From Spirochaetia bacterium (GTDB taxonomy: Bacteria; Spirochaetota; Spirochaetia; DSM-2461): a DNA stretch of 64,000 bases. How positions within the stretch are numbered: position 1 is the stretch's first letter; each line of letters begins with the position of its first letter. The DNA lies in assembly GCA_963668315.1 (NCBI GenBank), contig OY764216.1, forward strand, positions 5,248,001 to 5,312,000, read 5' to 3'. This document shows, piece by piece, positions 16,534 to 23,955 of the stretch. The notes under the pieces are model-generated. The model was not told the origin of the DNA, made no database searches, and was given only the letters and a program-made list of their open reading frames with translations. The position numbers and the translations under genes are program-made.

Positions 16534-17184
16534 TTAATCCCTTGGTCTCAAAGCATTTTCTATAAAAGCGAGCAGTCCTTTGACGATTCTTTCATCATCG
16601 TCGAAAATTGTTTCGGAAATGTAAATTTTCATACGGTCCCGGTAGTACTCCGAAGCATAGGAGAACTGAAGGGTCATGAACAGACTGTCCAGACAGAAGG
16701 CGGCCACTCCCGTATCGACGGAGGAACTTATCACCCCCTCCTTCTGCGCCTGGTCAAGAAGGCCCCTGTAGTACCGGGCCGAAAGGGATTCCACCTGATA
16801 GGAGAGACGGGAGGCCAGCTCGTTGTTCGCTTCGGTGGTTATCTCATTATAAAGATTGACCAGCTGACCGTATCGGCGGGAGTGCTCCTGGATAAACCGC
16901 AGGAGCCTCTCTATTTTAACGAAGAAATCCCCCCCCGAAGCTTCCAGAGATTCAAAGCTTTCGGAGATTTGCTCTACGGCCTGGGAACAGACGGAAAGGA
17001 ACAAATTCTCCTTGGTGCCGAAATATTTGTAAAGGGCGCCCACGCTGACACCGCATTTATCGGCGATGATGTTGATATTGGCAGATTTGAAGCCGAGTCG
17101 GGAAAACTCATCGGTAGCCCCGTGGAGAATCCGCTGCTGCTTCTCCTCCGGGAGCCGGTCAAAAAGTTCGGTATGATAGGTCAT
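16534..17184 (-). CDS. TetR/AcrR-family regulator
   Basis: HTH 'IADKCGVSVGALYKYFGTKENLF'. Confidence 0.95.
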   Translation of the reverse strand: MTYHTELFDRLPEEKQQRILHGATDEFSRLGFKSANINIIADKCGVSVGALYKYFGTKENLFLSVCSQAVEQISESFESLEASGGDFFVKIERLLRFIQEHSRRYGQLVNLYNEITTEANNELASRLSYQVESLSARYYRGLLDQAQKEGVISSSVDTGVAAFCLDSLFMTLQFSYASEYYRDRMKIYISETIFDDDERIVKGLLAFIENALRPRD

Positions 17185-17243
17185 TGCCCCATTCTATCAC
17201 GGGATAAGGAAAGAATACAGCGCCGTAGAACCGGCGCTGCATG

Positions 17244-17272
17244 GGAAACAGATCCCCCGGAGAACCGGGGGA
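17244..17272 (-). terminator. Probable intrinsic terminator after the flavin reductase gene
   Basis: TCCCCCGG-AGAA-CCGGGGGA hairpin followed on the minus strand by TCTGTTT. Confidence 0.5.
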
Positions 17273-17277
17273 GTGAA

Positions 17278-19143
17278 TTATTCGCTCAGAGCAAGCCGTG
17301 CGGCCATGCGCCCCGAACCGAAGGCAAAGCCCAGGGTGATTCCTTCCACCGTGGGATAGGTATTATTGTAAAGCTCCGCCACATCGTTTCCGCTGACATA
17401 GAGTCCGGGAATGATCGTGCCCTTTTCAGAAAGGACATGCAGGCTGCTGTCCACGGCTATTCCTCCGATCTGTCCCAGAGAGACGGGAATGGTAAGAACC
17501 GCATAGAAGGGACCTTCCGTCTGTTCGATCATGTAGCGGGCCTCTTTGCCGTACATGGGATCGACTCCTTCCCGGGCAAAGCCGTTGTACTGGTCGAAAG
17601 TCTTCTTCAGAACCGAGGGATCGACGTCGATCTTTCCGGCCAGTTCTTCCAGGGTCTCCCCTTTGACAACGGTGCCTTCGGCCGTGCCCTTCTCCAGGGA
17701 AGCGGTCAGGCCGGTCCAGGGTTCGGATACGGGGTACAGGGGAATTCCCACCTGATAATTGACATCGGGAATATCTCCGTAGGTTTTCACCGGGCCGTTC
17801 TGCTCCAGATCCTTTATCACGTTGGCAGACATGACAGCGTAATAGGATTCTCCCTGGGCATAGGCGGCATTGGATGTCAGAGCCGTATCAAAAACGATGT
17901 CCTCTTCGACGAAGCGGAACCCGTTATGGTTAATGAAAACCGATGCGGGGAAATAGGCAAGATAGGTCAGGGGCTCTCTCTCGGGAACATTGGGAACATA
18001 ACCGGGAACGGTAACTCCGTGAAGCTCGCTTATGGCATTGCCCTCGCCCGCTCCGATAGCCCGGGTCATGGTAATGGCGTCGCCGGTCTGGGTTCCGGTG
18101 GTAATATTCATCAGATCAAAACCGTTGAATTCCCTGACAAGCTCCTTATTGGCTCCGGCTCCTCCGGTGGCAAGAATAACGGCGCGGCTCTTTATCTGAA
18201 GTATGGTGCCGTCACCCTGCTTTGCTTCCACACCGCAGATTTTCTCACCCTCTTTGTTCAGTTTGGTAGCCGTCGTATCGTAATAGATTTCACCGCCCCT
18301 CTCCTCAACGATCTTAAGGGCATTCTGGAAGTATTCCAGTTTTTTCGCCTGATCGGCATAGGCATGGTAAACGGGATATCCTTCGCTGTGGGCGGCCTGT
18401 TCAAAACCGACATAGGTAAAATCAAAGCCATTGGCCTCCAGCCAGTCCGCCGTATCTCCGGAATTTTCAAAAACGGAGTAAAACAGATTGCCGTCGGAAA
18501 GGTAGGCATTGTACTCCTGCCAGGTTCTCAGCACGTCCTGTATGGAAAAATCCGGGGTATATCCGGCGTTTTTCATCTCCGCGGAGTTCAGGGCGAAAAT
18601 ACCGCCGGCCAGCTTTGAGGCGCCGCCGGGGACAGGGGCCTTTTCCAGCACGATGACAGAGGCGCCCTCTTCCGTGGCTTCCAGGGCGGCGGCGGTTCCC
18701 GCCGCACCGGTTCCTATGATAACGACATCCGCCGAGAGTTGCTTCACCTCACCGGATTCGGTCTTTTCAGCAGCGACCATCAGGGCATCCATATCGACTC
18801 CGCTTTTGCTGAGAGCATCCTTGACGGCCGCGATAATGCCGTCGGAAGCAAGAGTAGCTCCGGTTATGGAATCCACGGACAAGCTCTGCTGCTCAATTAT
18901 CCTGCCGGGAATTTCCTTCATGGCGGTTCCCGCGATGGCCGGAGTTTCCGACTCTTCCACTACTTCGATTTTCTTGATACTGTCACTGGAAACGGTTACT
19001 TCCACGACAATATCGCCGTTTCTGCCTGAGCCGGTTCCCTGATAAGTGCCCGGGGTAAAGGACAGGTTGCTTCCCTTTCCTCCGCAGGAGAACAGCACCA
19101 GCGCCATCAGCAGGGCGCCTAAGACGGTTAACGCTTTTTTCAT
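17278..19143 (-). CDS. Lipoprotein flavin oxidoreductase: FMN-binding (flavinylation) domain + FAD_binding_2 (flavocytochrome c/UrdA-like fold)
   Basis: Lipobox 'LVLFSC'; FMN_bind 'GTYQGTGSGRNG...VDSITGAT'; FAD motif 'IIGTGAAG'; 'ILATGG'; 'IPGLY..GND'. Confidence 0.92.
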   Translation of the reverse strand: MKKALTVLGALLMALVLFSCGGKGSNLSFTPGTYQGTGSGRNGDIVVEVTVSSDSIKKIEVVEESETPAIAGTAMKEIPGRIIEQQSLSVDSITGATLASDGIIAAVKDALSKSGVDMDALMVAAEKTESGEVKQLSADVVIIGTGAAGTAAALEATEEGASVIVLEKAPVPGGASKLAGGIFALNSAEMKNAGYTPDFSIQDVLRTWQEYNAYLSDGNLFYSVFENSGDTADWLEANGFDFTYVGFEQAAHSEGYPVYHAYADQAKKLEYFQNALKIVEERGGEIYYDTTATKLNKEGEKICGVEAKQGDGTILQIKSRAVILATGGAGANKELVREFNGFDLMNITTGTQTGDAITMTRAIGAGEGNAISELHGVTVPGYVPNVPEREPLTYLAYFPASVFINHNGFRFVEEDIVFDTALTSNAAYAQGESYYAVMSANVIKDLEQNGPVKTYGDIPDVNYQVGIPLYPVSEPWTGLTASLEKGTAEGTVVKGETLEELAGKIDVDPSVLKKTFDQYNGFAREGVDPMYGKEARYMIEQTEGPFYAVLTIPVSLGQIGGIAVDSSLHVLSEKGTIIPGLYVSGNDVAELYNNTYPTVEGITLGFAFGSGRMAARLALSE

Positions 19144-19238
19144 AATTCCTCCAAATTTGAATCAGCTTTAATTGGATAAATAATAATCGATATAAATATA
19201 CCGGACATCGTCTAAAAAGCTCAGAATCGCTATCGTCC

Positions 19239-19259
19239 CCTTGTCTTTTTCAGACAAGG
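19239..19259. promoter_or_regulatory. Inverted repeat in the divergent reductase/PucR intergenic region
   Basis: CCTTGTCT-N5-AGACAAGG perfect 8-bp inverted repeat. Confidence 0.6.
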
Positions 19260-19287
19260 AGGCTACTCTTTTCCGAGGAGAAAAAAC

Positions 19288-20454
19288 ATGAACTGGCTGG
19301 ACATTCTCTACGGGGAGAAAAATCTTCAGGACCTTTTAAAAAAACTGGAAGAGGAGTCTTTTTCGGGGATATGGATCATGGACAATGCCTTTAATCTGAT
19401 GGCGGCGTCCCCCAGGGCAGAGGAAATATACAGAAAAATCAGCGATAACGAGAACTTTTTCCGCCTGATCGGCTCCCTGAATCCCCGCAGTATCGAGCAG
19501 CAGCTCCAGAACAGGCAAAGTCTGCGCCACTACTCGGAAGCTCTGGATCAGCACTGCCTGATCGGAGACTGTTCGGTAGACGGGCAGAAAGTCGCCAAGG
19601 TGACCTGCTTTATCAACGAACACAGCCGTATCGAACCGGCCGATTTTGAGGATTATCTGAAAGTCATCAGCATAGCCCTGCAGATGGACAGAAGGGACTT
19701 CAATACCGGAGAGGCTCAAAGTCATTTTTTCAATACCCTTCTGAACAATCCCTCACCGGAAAAAAGTTTTATCCAGCGGAACCGGCGGCTCCATCATATA
19801 ACCCTTCTCCCCCCCTACCAGCTCATCATGGTAAAAGGGGAAGATGAAAACGGGGAGGAACCGGAAAAAATCCAGCCCTACTATCAGAAAATACTGGAAC
19901 GAATCTTCAAAAGCGGCCTCTTCGACACGGCCGGTTCCGGTGCCGTCTGCCTGGTTGAGCAGAAACAGTTCAGGAAAAACAGAGACGTTCTCATCCAGTC
20001 CTGCCGGCAGAACCGCCTGAAACTCCTGACGGGCTTTCCCTTCCTGGATATGGGGGAGAGTTACTACCAGTTCCATCATCTCCTCCGTTTCTCACGCACT
20101 ATCGATTCGGAGGAAAGTGTCATACCCCTGGAAAATTTCATAAGCAGGGAACTCTACAGGATTCTCCGCAGTCAGATAGATGTAAAAAGCCTGATCCACC
20201 ACAAAGTACGGTCACTTCTGGAGTATGACGAAAAAAACCAGACCGAATATTTCAGGACGGCCTGGATGCTGTTCTGCCGCCCGTTCAGCCAGAAAGAGAC
20301 GGCGGACAGGTTGAATATTCATATCAACACCCTGAAATACAGAATTAAGCAGCTCGAGGAAGTTTTCGCCCTGAATACGGCCGACGGGGAGAACGGCGAC
20401 TGGCTGTATCTCTCCTTCTCTCTTGCCCGGCAGACGGTAAATACCGACGGGTAG
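19288..20454 (+). CDS. PucR/CdaR-family transcriptional regulator
   Basis: C-terminal 'LLEYD..N.T...T', HTH 'TADRLNIHINTLKYRIKQL'. Confidence 0.9.
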   Translation: MNWLDILYGEKNLQDLLKKLEEESFSGIWIMDNAFNLMAASPRAEEIYRKISDNENFFRLIGSLNPRSIEQQLQNRQSLRHYSEALDQHCLIGDCSVDGQKVAKVTCFINEHSRIEPADFEDYLKVISIALQMDRRDFNTGEAQSHFFNTLLNNPSPEKSFIQRNRRLHHITLLPPYQLIMVKGEDENGEEPEKIQPYYQKILERIFKSGLFDTAGSGAVCLVEQKQFRKNRDVLIQSCRQNRLKLLTGFPFLDMGESYYQFHHLLRFSRTIDSEESVIPLENFISRELYRILRSQIDVKSLIHHKVRSLLEYDEKNQTEYFRTAWMLFCRPFSQKETADRLNIHINTLKYRIKQLEEVFALNTADGENGDWLYLSFSLARQTVNTDG

Positions 20455-20471
20455 ACGTTCAGTCCCTTGGC

Positions 20472-22718
20472 CTATCCAGGAATGGCGCCCGGTTTCCCCA
20501 CGAAGTATCCCTGGGCGAAATCTATCCCCAGAGATCTGATCCTCTCCATGATGTCGGAAGTTTCGATGTATTCGGCAATGGTCTGAAACCCCGATTCCAC
20601 GGCAAAAAGAATAATGGAAACGACCAGGGACTGGCTTTTCTCATCGGTGAGTATATTCCTTATGAGACTGCCGTCGATCTTAATATAGTCAACATTCAGT
20701 CTGAGCAGATAATTGAAATTGGAAAAGCCCGACCCGAAGTCATCTATGGCGATCCGGAATCCCTTCTCCTTGAGCTTCCTGAAAATGATCTCCAGATTCT
20801 CGTAATCCGCCAGCTCCTCCGTCTCCACGATCTCGAGGATGATCCGCTCCGACACGCCTCTCCGGGAAGCCTCCTCCACCAGATAGCTCACCGTATCGCT
20901 GTCCAGAAAATCCTCCAGAGTGAAGTTGATGGAGAAATCCAGCCCGCATCTCCCGCTGGCCTCCATCATCTCATCAATGACAAAACGGGTAATCTGCTTG
21001 TAAAGCCGGCCTTTCTTGGCCACCTCGATCAGTTCGGAAGGGTTGATGGACATGCCCTGCTCATCAAGAATACGGAGAAGGCACTCGTATTTGACAACCT
21101 CCCCCGTCCGGGTATTTGCTATGGGCTGGAAAACCAGGGAGAGCCTGTTGTTTTCCAGGGCCGATTTCACCATATTCAGCTGCTCAATCTGCTTTAGCCC
21201 CGTGGCTTCCTTCTCATCGTCCCCCGCCCGGATAACCATATAGCCCCGGGTATCGGATTTCGCCCCCTTCATCGCCGAGTCGGCCAGCAGGAGGGTATTC
21301 TGCGGACAGGTGGAAATTCCCATCCTGAGGGAAACGGTATAGGGGGAGGCTCCCTTGTCAAAGCTCAGGGGATTGAGCCGTTCCTGCCTCCCGATATTCC
21401 GGTTGACGAATTCCTCTTCTTCGTCATTGAATCCCCGGATTACGAACGTATCGCCGTTCAGGCGGTAAAGGGATTCCCGGAGGGGCAGAAGCAGTTCGTT
21501 CAGGTTCTTCCCCACCTCCAGAAGCAGATTATCCCCCGAGGTAAATCCGAAGAGCTTATTAATATTGGAAAAGCCGTCAATATTGAAACAGGCGATATAG
21601 GAACGGGGAAATTTCTCCAGATCCTCCAGCAGCTGCAGACGGTTTCCAAAACCGGTGAGGGGATCGGTATGAACAGCCTTTTCCAGTCTTTTCTTATGGG
21701 TATGGAGTTCGGACACATCCTGGGCCACCGCCAGATATCCGTTTATTTCGTTCTTCTCATCCCACAGCTCGCTGATGAAGGCCTGCAGCCAATAGGCCTC
21801 GCCTTGCGGGGTAATCGCCTTAATCTGCCCCCTCCACCGGTGGGTGCTGTACAGGGATTTCCTCATCTCCTCTCTCTGTTTCTGAAGGGAGTCGGGATGG
21901 TGGATGTAGAAGTGGTTTTTTCCTATCAGCTCCTCTTCGGTATAGCCGCTTATCTTTTCATAGTTCTCATTGACCTTGGTGATGATCCCGTCCCTGTCCG
22001 TCACCATGAGGCAGAGGGAATCGTTGAGGGCCCTGTAGTAATGGTTCATCTCATGGGAGCTCCCCTTCTCTTTGCTGATAAAATAACTGACCGAAAGGGA
22101 AAAGAGGAGGAGAATCCCGAAAATGGCGAAGAAGAAGGCCCCGGCCTTGCGCTCCTGATAGGTCCTGACGATATCGCCGTATCCTTCGCCTAGGGAACTG
22201 ATTTTCCCCGTAATGATTTCTGTTCTGGAAAAGTCTACGGGCAAGGCCAGAATCCAGTTCCACGGTTCGAAATACCGGAAACAAAACTCACCGCCGTTCC
22301 AATCCGTAATAAGGGTCTCCCCGGCTTTCACCTGAGAAGGGAGTACGGGCACTTCGGGAAGATTCCTATCCGTCCAGAGACGTCCCTCTCCGTCGATAAT
22401 GACAAAGGGGGCCTCTCCTTTCATGGCTGTACGGAGAAAATATTCCTGCCTCTCCTCTTCGGAAAGGGCCGAGAAGAGGGTGTTATCCGACAGGTTCTCC
22501 AGAAAATCGATCCAGATTTTCCCGTTCATCCGGGCATACTCCCTCTGTTCCTCACGGTAAATTTCCAGCCCGGCCTCTTTCCCCTTTTCCGTGAACAGCA
22601 CGGCTGTTTCATCAAGCATCCTCCGTGACGCCACGGGAAAGATAATGAAAAGAAGAATACTGAGTGCAAGTGAGACAGCTACGGAAAAAAGTATATTTCG
22701 TTTAGGCAGAAACATCAT
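20472..22718 (-). CDS. Membrane PAS-GGDEF-EAL protein (probable c-di-GMP phosphodiesterase)
   Basis: Two TM segments, PAS 'ISGYTEEELIG', degenerate 'RLNGDTF', EAL 'ECLLR', 'AIDDFGSGFSN', 'KIDGS', 'QGYF'. Confidence 0.92.
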   Translation of the reverse strand: MMFLPKRNILFSVAVSLALSILLFIIFPVASRRMLDETAVLFTEKGKEAGLEIYREEQREYARMNGKIWIDFLENLSDNTLFSALSEEERQEYFLRTAMKGEAPFVIIDGEGRLWTDRNLPEVPVLPSQVKAGETLITDWNGGEFCFRYFEPWNWILALPVDFSRTEIITGKISSLGEGYGDIVRTYQERKAGAFFFAIFGILLLFSLSVSYFISKEKGSSHEMNHYYRALNDSLCLMVTDRDGIITKVNENYEKISGYTEEELIGKNHFYIHHPDSLQKQREEMRKSLYSTHRWRGQIKAITPQGEAYWLQAFISELWDEKNEINGYLAVAQDVSELHTHKKRLEKAVHTDPLTGFGNRLQLLEDLEKFPRSYIACFNIDGFSNINKLFGFTSGDNLLLEVGKNLNELLLPLRESLYRLNGDTFVIRGFNDEEEEFVNRNIGRQERLNPLSFDKGASPYTVSLRMGISTCPQNTLLLADSAMKGAKSDTRGYMVIRAGDDEKEATGLKQIEQLNMVKSALENNRLSLVFQPIANTRTGEVVKYECLLRILDEQGMSINPSELIEVAKKGRLYKQITRFVIDEMMEASGRCGLDFSINFTLEDFLDSDTVSYLVEEASRRGVSERIILEIVETEELADYENLEIIFRKLKEKGFRIAIDDFGSGFSNFNYLLRLNVDYIKIDGSLIRNILTDEKSQSLVVSIILFAVESGFQTIAEYIETSDIMERIRSLGIDFAQGYFVGKPGAIPG

Positions 22719-22858
22719 GCGATTAATCGATCCTCAGTTTTATTATAGAACAGGGCAGGCAAAGAAGCCAGTTCATTTTATTTTCCTTTCGATCAATTAC
22801 TTCCTTGACAAGAGGGAGAAGGAGGACCGATACTGTTCCTCATCTGCAGGGTAGGAAA

Positions 22859-23863
22859 ATGGCCACAATCAAAGACATAGCAAAAAGAGCCGGCGTCGCC
22901 GTCAGTACGGTCTCCTATGCCATAAGCGGGAACCGGCCCATCTCTGAGGAGGTCAAGAAAAGGATCCGCCAGGCCATGGCCGAGCTTGACTACCAGCCCA
23001 ACCCCATGGCCCGCGCCCTGGCCGGCAAGGGAACCCGTATCCTGGGGCTGATACTGGACCCTCTGGACAGAAGCCTGGGCATTACCGAAATCGACCTCCT
23101 TTCCCGGGCGGCCGAGGCAGCCCGGTCCATGAACTACCATCTGACGCTTCTGACCGATGACTCCCGGAACCTGAGCGTTCTCGAAGAGATCATCGCCGAT
23201 AAGCTTTTCGACGGCTTTATCCTGATGGAGATCCACAAGGAGGATGAACGGGTCCGCTTTCTTTCAGAGAAAGGGCTTCCCTTCGTCATTATCGGTCGGG
23301 ACGATAGGACCCAGGACTTCCGGTCCATCGATATAGATTTCCAAAAGACCGCAGAGCAGGTTCTCGCCCATGTGAAGGAGAAGGGTCACAGGGAAGCGGG
23401 CTTCATCAACCAGAGTCTCAATGCGTTCAACAGGGGGTACGGTCCCGCCGTGGCCATGAAGGCATCCCTCGAAGATACGGCCCGCAGGCTGGGCATAAAG
23501 CTTGATACCCGGTTCTGCCTTCCCTCCCGGGAAGAGGGGGAGAATGTCGCGGTCACCCTTCTTAGAGACAACCCCGCCCTTTCCGTCCTTCTTGTCATGA
23601 ACGACCAGGCCCTTCCGGGAATTCTCAAGGGAATATCAGCCCTTGGCCTCTCCGTTCCGAAGGACCTCTCCCTTATATCCCTTCTGAGCTCCTCCAAGCT
23701 GGCCGAAATGTTTCACCCCTCCCTGACCCACATGGAAATCCCCAGCCGGGAACTGGGATGGCACGGAGTCTGCCGTCTCGTGGAAATACTGGAGGGACGG
23801 CAGGAAAACCGCGGCATGATCCTCATACCCGGCACTCTTCACATCGGGGAAAGCACAATCTGA
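22859..23863 (+). CDS. LacI-family transcriptional regulator
   Basis: 'ATIKDIAKRAGVAVSTVS', 'YQPNPMARAL'. Start ATG 22859; the track's TTG start is the TTGACA -35 box. Confidence 0.95.
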   Translation: MATIKDIAKRAGVAVSTVSYAISGNRPISEEVKKRIRQAMAELDYQPNPMARALAGKGTRILGLILDPLDRSLGITEIDLLSRAAEAARSMNYHLTLLTDDSRNLSVLEEIIADKLFDGFILMEIHKEDERVRFLSEKGLPFVIIGRDDRTQDFRSIDIDFQKTAEQVLAHVKEKGHREAGFINQSLNAFNRGYGPAVAMKASLEDTARRLGIKLDTRFCLPSREEGENVAVTLLRDNPALSVLLVMNDQALPGILKGISALGLSVPKDLSLISLLSSSKLAEMFHPSLTHMEIPSRELGWHGVCRLVEILEGRQENRGMILIPGTLHIGESTI

Positions 23864-23874
23864 GGATTTTCACA

Positions 23875-23919
23875 TTGACAAAGGTCGATGGCGGCTGTAT
23901 TCTTGTCGAAACGTTTCGA
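23875..23919 (+). promoter_or_regulatory. Sigma-70 promoter and LacI-type operator of the alpha-xylosidase gene
   Basis: TTGACA (23875-80), N17, TATTCT (23898-903), then the perfect palindrome TCGAAACGTTTCGA (23906-23919) with a central CG. Confidence 0.85.
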
Positions 23920-23955
23920 TAGAGATTATATTCCACCTTAATTAAAGGAGTGTCC

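Noticed and set aside
11440..18618. Very long plus-strand ORFs (978, 566 and 697 aa), and similar ORFs opposite most genes in the window
   Set aside because: They are antisense shadows of well-supported genes, with no recognisable motifs; this is expected from GC-rich codon usage.
17278..19143. Calling the reductase urdA or frdA/fccA
   Set aside because: The substrate-binding and proton-donor Arg/His motifs are replaced.
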